Positions 1-12,359 of a DNA stretch of 20,000 nucleotides are shown here, in pieces (position 1 is the first letter of the stretch; the number at the start of each line of letters is the position of its first letter). Source of the stretch: Neophaeotheca triangularis. Lineage: Eukaryota. The notes beneath the pieces are model-generated. The model had not been told where the DNA came from. It saw only the letters and a program-made list of their open reading frames with translations, and did not search any database. Made by a program: the position numbers and the translations under genes. Location: the NCBI GenBank assembly GCA_054600435.1, contig BAAIJX010000083.1:44265-64264 (forward strand), in the 5' to 3' direction.

Positions 1-619
1 TGCCGCGGTAGCTGTAACGGCCACGACTGCGCTCAGCAGGGTCGTTCTCCGGGTGGTCAAGATAGTGCTTTGAGGCAGCCGCAGCTTGCGGAGCCTTGAC
101 GTCGCGCATTGTGGCGGTGCGGACGTAGAATTGGGTATCGGGCTGGACGTCGTATCTCTTGGCACGCGTCTCATGCTTTTCGTCTGTGACGTCTTCGGAT
201 GCGAGCCTGAGTAGAGCCTCGTAGGCCTCGTCTTGGCTTTCGTAGAGTATGTTTGAGCTGGTGTCGTCGACCCATTCGATGCGCACTGGCTGGATGTCGC
301 AGTTGCTTGTGGCCCAAGTACGGATATCTCGTGTGGTCAAGTGGTGGTTTGTGAAGCGGAGGTGGACTTTGTTGGGCTGGATGTCGTCCTCATTAATTTC
401 CCCCTCGTCGGCCTGGTCGTCGTCCGAGTCGGCGCGGTTGGCATGGCTGCCTTCGGCAATGATGTCGTCTAGGCTGTTATTCATCTTGTTGCTCTGGATT
501 AGCTGCTGAATACTTTGCTCAGTCATGGCTGAAATTGCGTTTACCGGCGCATTGCGGTCCTCGTAGCCTTGCTCCTCCTCGAGGCCGTAGTCAACATCGA
601 GGTCCATGTCGTGCGCCAT
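1..619 (-). CDS. NCBP3/DUF2414-like RRM-fold RNA-binding protein, 5' part (runs off the window start); possible 60-nt in-frame intron at 485-544
   Basis: My translation from the ATG at 619 stays open to the window edge: MAHDMDLDVDYGLEEEQ...QPNKVHLRFTNHHLTTRDIRTWA...PVRIEWVDDTSSNILY...ALLRL...FYVRTATMRDVKAPQAAAASKHYLDHPENDPAERSRGRY. The KVHLR, LTT.DI, IEW.DDTS.N and YL.HPE.DP.ER motifs match my recollection of the fungal NCBP3 (DUF2414) family. A pyrimidine-rich leader lies upstream (620-780). Confidence 0.8.
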   Translation of the reverse strand, partial: MAHDMDLDVDYGLEEEQGYEDRNAPVNAISAMTEQSIQQLIQSNKMNNSLDDIIAEGSHANRADSDDDQADEGEINEDDIQPNKVHLRFTNHHLTTRDIRTWATSNCDIQPVRIEWVDDTSSNILYESQDEAYEALLRLASEDVTDEKHETRAKRYDVQPDTQFYVRTATMRDVKAPQAAAASKHYLDHPENDPAERSRGRYSYRG

Positions 620-935
620 GGATAGCGGTGGGAACGTGAATGCGTGGTAGTAGGTCGTGAAGAATGCGCAGAATAGTGGTGCAAGGTAGAGTTGTTCGCA
701 AGGGAGGTGGTGGTGGAAGAGTTGGAGGTGGAGGGAGAGAAACAAGTGGAGAGAGAGCTTGGTGCGGGAGGTGAGCATAAACAGTCGCGAGACCGCAAGC
801 TCTCGACGTCAGTGCTCAGATCAGATAAGCCCAGATAAGGAGGTCTGCCGAGTGGGGCTCCAATCTACAACTTCATCCTTCCTAATGCGGTTGTCGCTCG
901 GCTTCGTCCTTGAGGACCAATCTGTTACCTCTTAC

Positions 936-2565
936 AACAATGCAAAATTCCTATCAAGGCATCCCTCATAAATTCTGGACTATCTATGATGAGGGCGTTC
1001 GAGTCTCTCAAACGTACTGATAGCACTGCGGGAATGCCCGCTCCCGTCGACGAACATTTTATGGTGGCACGCCAGGTAGGCGAGCAGTCGGTGTACACCA
1101 ACCGACGTCTCCGCAGCTCTGGGGTCTTGATTGGAACCTTCCCTTGGTTCGGTGTGCCGCCGCTTCGATGTATCGTGTTACAGGCCCCTTCTCAACATCC
1201 ATCGTCGCCCCAAGGCAAGTATCCCTGAAATCAGCTTACGTCTAGTGTTCCCTCCGCGGCTCCGGTCTGCTTGCCATGTGATGAGCACGGAAATTCCGAG
1301 TGCGGATTCGCGGGCTTTTTTTTAGAACACCAACGACATTGCCGACGAGGATGAGAGAAAGATCACGCAGGTAGCAGACCTTTAGTCTCTTGCGTCTCGG
1401 CAACTGCATAGTTAGGAATCACGCAATACAGCCTTCACCCGGAAGAGCCGCGCTCACTGAGCTAGCTATCAAGATAGCGGATTTCACGCCCGTAGAGAGG
1501 GGGTTCTCGCCCTCTCAGCTTCATGGTCTTTGCACAGCATCCCAAGAAAATACCACTGTCTCCTGACCCAGGCCAAAGTTGGTATGTTGACACCGACGCC
1601 GTAGAGTCAAGTCTATTAGACCTTCTCGCACCTGGTCCCTCGGCGACTTGAATCCCAGAAAGCAAGCAGGCCAAGCGAAAACGAAGCTTATGAGACTCAC
1701 ACTACCGCACGACAAATACAAACCCCAACTTTTGCCTCCGCAGCAAATCCGAAACGTATCAAGCATGCCCCTGAACGACAAACCACCGCCATGCAGAGCA
1801 CCCAGAGCCACGAAGGCGCCAAATTTCCATAGAAGCCTTTTCCTCTGAGTTTTCGGATTCATCAGTCTCGGGTATAGAAAGCGCTAGGGGCGAAGCATCG
1901 CTCTTGAGGTCAAGTCAGCTCCGGGCAATGCTTTCCAAACTCACGCAGTTGGAGATTCGAGAGCGGTTCGCGTTCACGGTTCGTGCTTGCTCTCGAGAGG
2001 CCCGTCCATTACTCGAGATTTTACGCAGCCCACGCGTTGATGGCCAAAATTCGTAGCGGTGCTGGTGTTAGTCAAGCCCGCAGGTGGTGACCTCGTAACT
2101 CTGGAAACCCAGTCCGACGTCTCGAAGCTAGCGATTGCTAGAAGCGTGACCACGTGCAAAGAAAGCACTGTCGGGACTCACAAGCGAGGGATTAGAACCC
2201 CGTGCCTCTTTATCAGTCGTGGTTGCAGAATACTACAAGCAAGAAGGAGTGACGTCCCCAGAAGAAGAGTCGCTGACAGCGGAGGGTAAGGTAGGTCGAT
2301 GGACGTGTTGGAAGGACCGAGTGTTTTGGCTGAAGACCAAGCCCGCTTCGAGATCCAGATGCTGCCGGGAGATATGTCGATGATCTGAGCTTCGTCAAAA
2401 GCCCTTATCGCGGTGAAATGCTACACCAGCAGTGCCTCTCATCAAACCCGCTTCCACCGTCAGCGTGCACTGTTAAAACCAGCAGAAAAAATCCCGTAGC
2501 TCCACCCTGAACTTTCACAAGATTGTTTTCAGCCGCAGTGGCAGCGTTGAGGGAATCGCCTTGTG
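936..2565 (-). ncRNA. Large structured ncRNA (~1.6 kb), candidate telomerase RNA (TER)
   Basis: No credible ORF. Nested complementary segments: 2548-2563/955-968, 2533-2540/1024-1031, 2194-2201/1500-1507, 2154-2162/1527-1535, 1910-1916/1645-1651, 1864-1869/1692-1697, 1851-1859/1746-1754, 1343-1361/1187-1207, 1324-1332/1243-1251. Many mismatches read as G.U pairs only on the minus strand. TATAAA upstream, Sm-like AAUUUUG at 949-943 and GUAAGA at 935-930. The structured-RNA call is stronger than the TER identity. Confidence 0.55.
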
Positions 2566-2689
2566 GAGGGGGGGGGTGGAAGAAGAGAAGGGAGGACGTT
2601 CATTGGGAAATGGCTGTGGTTTATAGCAAGCTTTAGGGGCCCATGTCAGTAAGGACCTGTAATCCGCGCGATGGAGTGATCGCTTTATA
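2565..2689 (-). promoter_or_regulatory. Putative Pol II core promoter for the structured ncRNA
   Basis: Minus-strand TATAAA at 2689-2684 and 2625-2620, followed by a CT-rich tract (~2598-2565) immediately before the 5' strand of the terminal helix. Confidence 0.45.
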
Positions 2690-4243
2690 CTCGCAACCTG
2701 GAACAGTTTCAAGAGGGAACTACAAGATCTCTTTGGGTTTCCTTGCTGCTGGGGACGGCTCCGCTGGGTCTAGTCTGAGCGATAGTGTTGTTCCCGGTGT
2801 AGGAGGGTCATTTGACTGTACTGAGTACATATTTCGGGTCAATTCGTGCCTTCAAGCTGTTACAAGAGTTACGTAGGCTCGACGGTAGTGATAGTGACGG
2901 CAAAGGTTTGACGATTTCTCTCCTACCAGCAGGCTTCCTGCCAGTAGGAGCCACGATGCAGCAATCCTTGACGTACAAAAGGGATACCTCGCCTGGCCTC
3001 GAGGGCTAGGTATGATAGCGTTGACCATACGTATGGCGGTGATGGGATGAGAAACGGGGGTCGCTTTCTGTAGGAGGTGCTAGAGGTCATGCGCATCTTG
3101 CTCACTGGCTGGGCTCGACGTGTGGACGGCCGTGGTAGCATTGTTAAGATTGTATCGCAGTCGGGTCGACGGTGTGATGAGTCGGAAGCATCGTGCGAAA
3201 ACTGGCGGTGTTCACTCACCGTCTTGTCGGAGCTGGGACGTATGAATGGATGGTATTGGGAGATGTGGAAGTGCGAAATTGGACTCACGCCCAGTGGGTT
3301 GAGATGCGAAGCGACACGTGCGAACACAACCTCTTTGATAGCAGGCGGAGAAGGGGAGATCAGAAAGGCAAGTAGAAGCAATGGGAGTGATGAGAGATAC
3401 GGGTATCCTACTCTAAGAGCGTCGTTCGAGAAGAGGAGAAGACAAGGCAAAGAGACAGGAAGGTATGCCTCAGATCAGGCATGCAGTGTCGAGGCCTTTC
3501 CACACCGTCCTCCTCATACTGCTCTCGACCTCTATAAGTATCCCAGTGCTCTCCCTCCCTCCCTCCCTCCCTGTCTCTTCTCTTTCCAAAATTGAAGTAG
3601 GTAGTGTAACCACAGCTGATTCCCAACTTTTCCTTCCCCCCTTGTGGGAGAGTCAAAGGCGGGCGCCCAACAACGGGTGCGTTACTCTATGCGCAGCGCA
3701 AAAACACGCCGACCATTGGAAGATTGGTAGGCATGCCTATCAGTAATGTGTAAAAGCTGGCATCTATGTTTGTAGATGCGGAAGAAAAAGGGAAGCAGAA
3801 AGGAAGAAGTGGGAAGTGGAAGGGTTTTGTTGTTGAAGATGCCGAGATTAGGGAAGGTTTGGCGAGCTAGCTTGGCGGAAGAGAGAGTAGCCCTGGAGTC
3901 CCCCTAGTACTGTAGTTGCGGGCAGGTGTCAACATCGAGACCGACCGACCGACGACCGACCTCAATCCAGTCCAGCTGGCGCGAAGGAGAGCTACCACTA
4001 AATTACTACCTCGTGCCGTTTGCATATTGGTTAAACCCATCGCAAACCTCACTCTCATTCCCGCCATTCCCACCATTTCCACTGCTAGCTACACGTTGAA
4101 GCAGCTCCGCCATCAATCAAACAACTACCTCGAATGAACACTCGCTAAACACCCAACACCCGCGAGCCCATCACACCTCATTCCCCCTCCCAGACCGCCG
4201 CGCCTGCGTCTGACTACACTTAACCCCTCTCACAACATCCAAC

Positions 4244-6956
<2,713 letters not shown>

Positions 6957-7479
6957 AGAGGGGAATGAGTTTTGAGTGGGTAGAAGTAGGGGTTAGGTTG
7001 GATGCGGGGATGGGGATGAGGGTGGGGAATAGAAGGGGGAAGGGTTAAGAATTTTGAGAGGTGGGGGGGAAGAAACGAGGCCCGAAGATTGGGAGAGTGG
7101 GATAGAAGGGTCGTTGCGAGTGTGCTGTAGCGACAGGCAGACGGATGCGCGAGACCAGAGTCGTGCAGGTTTTCGAAATATGTTTTTTGTCCCCCGCTCG
7201 GTCGCGGCAGGGAGGCTTCAAAAAGGAGGTGGCAGTGAGTGGTAGACGGAGATCGATCGATTGTAGTAGTAAGCGAGCAGTATTTCATTTTCAGTCTTGC
7301 CTCTTTGCGTGACTGTGGGGTGGTGGTGGTGGTGGTGGTTATTGGTGAACAGACATGTCTAGGACTGGAGAGGCAAGGAAGAAGAGAATTGATGTCGGAA
7401 GGCTTTATTGATAGTGAGTGTGCTGGGTGGCAGTTTGTTTTTTCGGTGAGTTTTGTTTTCTCGCTCTCTGGTCTGTCGG

Positions 7480-7513
7480 TGCCTTTCTTTCTCTCTTGTT
7501 ACTCTTCTCTGAT

Positions 7514-7546
<33 letters not shown>

Positions 7547-7640
7547 CGCTCTCCCTCTCTATCCCTCGCTCTCCCACTCCCCTTCCCGTTCCTTCTTTCC
7601 CTTTCCCCTCCTTCTCTCTTCCTCTCTCTCCCCCTCTCTT
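7480..7640. repeat. (CT)n/(CTAT)n microsatellite and polypyrimidine tract
   Basis: ctctctctctctatctatctatctatctatc followed by a C/T-only run. Confidence 0.9.
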
Positions 7641-7790
7641 ACGCCTACCTAGGTAACCACTCAAGTCGAATACGAAGTACAGCCCTCCCACCCACCTACC
7701 CAAGCAAGCAACCGCCAGTGCAGAGCCCTACGCTACGGGCACACGCAGTGCTTTAAACTAGGGATTTGCGGCTATGTGTGGGGTGCTTTG

Positions 7791-7835
7791 CTTCACTTTA
7801 CTTTACTTTACTTTACTTCACTTCGCTTTACTTCG
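7791..7835. repeat. (CTTTA/CTTCA)n pentanucleotide repeat
   Basis: cttcactttactttactttactttacttcacttcgctttacttcg. Confidence 0.9.
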
Positions 7836-7973
7836 CCGACAACGGGAATGGTTTTGGTTTTTGACCTGGCTTACTTACTTACATACTGTACTGCTGTTCT
7901 GACAGGTCGGATGAGAGGGTGAGGGTTTGGTGGGATGGTTGGTTATGGGATGGTTTGGGTGTTGTCGTTGTTT

Positions 7974-8080
7974 GGTAGGTAGGTGGGTAGGTAGGTGGGT
8001 AGGTAGGTGGGTTATGTAGGGAGGTAGGTAGGTAGGTGGGTTATGTAGGTAGGTAAGTAAGTAGGTAAGTAAGTAGGTAC
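7974..8080. repeat. (GGTA/GGTG/AGTA)n tetranucleotide repeat
   Basis: ggtaggtaggtgggtaggtaggtggg...gtaggtaagtaagtaggta. Confidence 0.9.
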
Positions 8081-9861
8081 GGACCGAGAGGGCTATAGTT
8101 TGAGGTGCGAGCGGTGTGATGGTTTGGCAAGGCGGTTTTTTGGGTGGTCCTGGGTACTTAATTATGTATTGACTTGTTGGGTTGGTTTGGCTGAGTTGCT
8201 GATGGCTGGCTGGTTCGCTGGCTCGCGAGTGTGTAGTGAGTGGTTTTTCGAAATCGACGGTTTGGTGGATGGAATGACGGCGTCGTTGGTTGGAGACGTC
8301 GTAGGTGGGTTAAGCGTCTCTGATATTGGGCGGACGTTGTTGGTTTGGTTGAAGAGAGGCTGGGAAGAATCCTCTTGTATTATTATTGGTGAGGGGGGGT
8401 GGATAGTGACGGGAGGTGCATATGTATTATTGTTACTGTCACCTATCGTACTCACGACTAAATGTAGGCTTGTTGCCGAGGAAGGTGTATGCTTAGGTAG
8501 GCAACCTCACTAGTTAACTTAGTCGGACGGACCAAGCATGACTTGGAGTAGTAAGCTACCTTATCAGTGGGAATTGAGGGAATGGAAATAATGCCTAGTC
8601 ACGTGCTAGTTAAGCAAGAGGTTAGGTAGATACCTAGCCAAGGTATAGTAGGTGAAGTTGCGGCTCGAACAGCTTAAGCCGAAGACAACCTCTTGTAGCC
8701 ACGCGACATTGAAGGCGAGCAATCTCGGCTCTAAACAGCTACAGCCGGGCATAGTCGACTGCAGCAATAATTCAATAATAATAATGATAAAATAATAATA
8801 ATACCAAGCAAGTCAAAAACCATCCATGTATCGCTCTCAGCCGATGCCGAGAGAAAGACGATTGGACGATTGGTTACGAAACGCTTTCCACCTTTTCTTA
8901 TCTTCCCGCGCACGTCGCCTGAAGGTCGGTAATCGCTAGTTAGCACTGTATACTGACTAGTAACGGCAAGGCCAAGGCGTTCTGGAAAGGCAGTCGTTTT
9001 CCATCTCGTAAGGAATGGGCATGCGCTTTGATGCTTGTCTTCTGCTGTTTATCACTTGGCTTAGCATCATCTACACATGCCAAGCAATCTGTGCCCCTCA
9101 TACCAAGAAAGTCACTAACCTAGTACTCTACCTTCAGTACACACACTTTCCTACCACCCCCCCCTCCCCCCCGCCCCCATGCAAAGCGGCCGCACCATGC
9201 ACATTTCCGTTACCTACTAACTCGGCAACTTGTTACCACTACTCTACACCGATATCAACCATTCGCTGCCAGCCTGTCGCACGCCGTCGCTCCTTCCCAC
9301 GTCCGGCTTAGTCCCTTCCCTCTACTTACAGTAGCACTCCGCGTGCCTTTTTTGACCAAGTCGACGCTCCTTCTTATTATTCGACCCCCATCCTCCCGGG
9401 TCTTTATTTTTCTAGTCTCCCTCGTACAGGATAAATCATAAGCACTGCAACCTGGAACTCTTGGGAGCAGCTGCAAGGCGCCTTACCCCATTGATAACAA
9501 GTTACTAGTCCCGCCGAGTCCTTGCCAACGTTGTACCGCTATCTAGCCCGACCGCAGTCTTGTCCAAAGTAGCGTAGCTGAAAGATACATTACTTTACTT
9601 TACTTTACCTACCTTATCGAGTCGAGAAAGGGTCTCGAGTGATGTAGCTACCTTACCTACCTACCTACATATACTCTACCCATTCCTGTCCCTCCGCTCT
9701 CATTTCCCGCCCCTCTTACCTTTGCGCTTTCCCACCCTCCCCTCCCCTCCCCTTCCGACCCGACACAGACTCCCATCTTTCACCCTCTTCGCGACGCGAC
9801 AACAAACACCCCCCTCCCTACCAGTCGTCTTGTCCGTCTGTCCGTCCGTCCGCCGCCCATC

Positions 9862-11502
9862 ATGTCGAAACCCGGCGACGAAAACTACGGCGAGCCTCAG
9901 GTCATGTCGAGGTCTGAGAGCAGCCCTACCACTTCCAACGAGGAAATGAGGGAGGTGACTGGCGAGGTGACTTCCAAGGGCAACTTTGGTCAGAGATTAT
10001 GGGGTGAAACCAAGAGGCCCGGTTCCGCCATTCAAATCATCATCGCCGCTGTCATCGCCATTGCCATTGGTGTCGGTGTTTCTGCTTCAGTCAGCAGTGT
10101 TCCCGACGCCGCTGTCGATATTCTCAACATTCCCGGTAATCTCTGGTTGCGCGCTTTGCGCTGTGTTGGTGAGTTTGGCATCTGATGCGAGTGGTAAAAG
10201 GTGGATTTAAGTCGTACTGACTGCATTCGTTTTGACAGTCCTGCCTTTGATCGTTGTCGCCGTCGTTCTCGCCATGCAAACGCTCAAACAAATGGCCAAG
10301 GAGGGTAAAAAGCTGGCTCGCTGGACAATCATCTGGTACGTGTCGACTACCATTCTGGCTGTCGTCATCTCCATGATCCTCACCGATCTCGTCTGGCGCC
10401 CATTGATGACCGAGGCCGACCCGGATGCGCTGGATGTCGACGAGGATACGCAAGAGACGGTGGAGGAGCGCCAAAACCAACCCCACGACATTGTCGTGCA
10501 AGTCTTCCAATCCTTTATCCCCGGCAACATTGTCTCCGCCCTCGCCAACGACGAACTGCTCGCCGTCCTCGTCGCTTCCATTGTAGTGGGCCTGATGCTA
10601 AAGCCCGACTCATCCATCCTCAAAGCCGTACGCGAAATCGAAAAGATTGTCATGAAGATCATCGCCTTCTTAATCGCCGTCGCTCCTATCGGTGTCTTCT
10701 TCCTCATTCTCTCCAACCTGCTCACCCTCCCTATCGAGGACATTGGCCAGAACCTAGGCGTACTCATCGGCGGCTCCGTCGGCAGTATGCTTATCCACCT
10801 TTTCGTCGTCTACCCGGCCCTCTTCTTCGCCTTCACCCGCATGAACCCCTACTCGTACTGGATCAAGAACTCCCCCGCCTGGATCACCGCCTGGGGTACC
10901 GCATCCTCGGCGGGTACTATGCCCGTGACACTGAAGTGCGCCGCTGACAGGGGCATCCCCAACACCGTCGCCAAATTCGTCATTCCCCTCGGCACGCTCA
11001 TTAACATGGACGGGTGAGTCTAAAATCCCCCCATTAAACCCCCTAATTTGAATAACCCCAAAAAAACTAACCCCCAACCCCCAGAACCGCAATCTACTAC
11101 CCAATGGTCGTAGTCTTCCTAGCAGCAACCCAAGGCGACCCGCTCAACGCAGGCGACTACGCCATCATCGTCCTGCTAGCGACCCTCTCCTCCATCGCCA
11201 CAACCCCGATCCCCTCCTCCTCCCTCGTCATCACCATCATGATCGCCAACAGCGTCGGCGTGGAAATCACGGGCATGTACGCCGTCGTCGTCGCCATCGA
11301 CTGGCTCATCGACCGTTTCCGCACCGCCACCAACGTCTCGGGAGACTTGTACGCCGCCAAGGTCATGCAGAAAATCACCGGCATCACCGATGCCGATGCC
11401 GCCGAGTATGCTGCCGTCCATGTCGATGTTCACAATCCCAATCGTGAGGTTACTGAGGAGGCTGTGGCCGTTAGGCCGGATGAGAAGAGAGGGGAGGTTT
11501 AG
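9862..11502 (+). CDS. Dicarboxylate/amino acid:cation symporter (DAACS/SDF, SLC1/GltPh family), 499 aa; exons 9862-10168, 10239-11013, 11085-11502
   Basis: Introns 10169-10238 (GTGAGT..TACTGAC..CAG) and 11014-11084 (GTGAGT..ACTAAC..CAG) give a 1500-nt spliced ORF. Motifs: G.LWLRAL..VVLPLIV, serine-rich HP1 GTASSAGTMP, TM7 NMDGTAIYY (assembled across intron 2), TM8 IDWLIDRFRTATNVSGD. Confidence 0.95.
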
Positions 11503-11822
11503 GGTCTGTTTTTTCTTTTTCTCTCTCGTTTGATGACTTGAGTGGCTTTGGGCGCTTTTCTGTCGCCGGTCTTTTTGCTGGGTCTTATTTATTTTTCTGG
11601 GTGGTCATTGGGAGATGGGGTGGAGAATGTGTGTGTGTGTAGAATTGAGTTGAATCGATTGACGAATATGATAACTTTTTTTGACGAATTTTTGATACCT
11701 TTTTTTTTTTTCGCCTTTTTGGCTCTTTTTTCTTTTTCTTTTTTTCAAAATCTTACCGTATTTGCAGGGGCCGGTTTTGGAGAGTCGAGGGTTAGGGGTG
11801 TTTTTGGGCTTTGAGAGAGGTA

Positions 11823-12248
11823 TTGGATGGGTGGATGGTTATGGATAGATAGGATGGTGGATGGTTATGGATGAATGGATATGGATGGATGGATATGGAT
11901 GGATAGATGGGATGGATGGATAGATAGATGGATAGGATGGATGGATGATTGGATAGATGGATATGGATGGATATGGATGGATATGGATGGATGGATAGAT
12001 GGGATGGATAGACGGGATGGATAGATGGGATGGAATGGATGGGTATGGAGGGATGGAGGGATTAATATGGATGTGGATGGATGGAGGGATGGATATGGAA
12101 ATGGATAGATAGGATGGGTGGATGGATGTATATTGATGGATGGACGATCTCATGATTCGATGGAAAGATGGATATGATGGATGAGTAGATGAATTGGGTA
12201 GATAGATAGATGGAATGGATAGGAGGGAGGGATGGATAGAGGGATGGA
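11823..12248. repeat. Degenerate (GGAT/AGAT/GGATAT)n microsatellite, ~420 bp
   Basis: Continuous ggatggatggatatggatggatagat-type repeats. Confidence 0.92.
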
Positions 12249-12359
12249 AGTTACTGAACTGAGTCTTGTGAGTCAAAACGCCTTTTCGGTCGCTTTTTCG
12301 AAGCCCCTTGGAATTGAGGAAAGGGCTCTCGGTTTCGGGTCCAGTTTTCATTATCTGGA

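Noticed and set aside
986..1020. C box ATGATGA and D box CTGA on the plus strand (box C/D snoRNA)
   Set aside because: Only ~35 nt apart, no terminal stem or recognisable guide, and local pairing favours the minus strand.
1208..1222. AUACUUGCCU on the minus strand resembling the U1 snRNA 5' end
   Set aside because: Mismatch in the invariant ACUUAC, no U1-70K loop downstream, and embedded in a larger fold.
1289..1323. GGAAATTCCGAGTG plus T8 as RNase P RNA or a Pol III terminator on the plus strand
   Set aside because: The CR-I-like motif is too close to the T-run and no matching CR-V or A/B boxes were found.
1845..1872. CUGAUGA..GAAA on the minus strand suggesting a hammerhead ribozyme
   Set aside because: No stem II between CUGAUGA and GAAA; AAUCCGAAA instead pairs with 1746-1754 in the long arm.
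955..2563. MITE or non-autonomous transposon explanation for the terminal complementarity
   Set aside because: The complementarity is interrupted, multi-branched and G.U-biased to one strand, and I saw no target-site duplication. Not fully excluded without a copy-number search.
2923..3746. Overlapping 175 aa (-) and 172 aa (+) ORFs
   Set aside because: Non-ATG starts, no domain-like content, and located in the divergent promoter region upstream of SEC23.
8561..9619. Five HGATAR sites upstream of the symporter (AreA/NIT2 control)
   Set aside because: Biologically plausible, but the count is close to random expectation for this length.
11839..12351. 170 aa His/Pro/Ser/Ile-rich ORF
   Set aside because: Translation artefact of the GGAT microsatellite.
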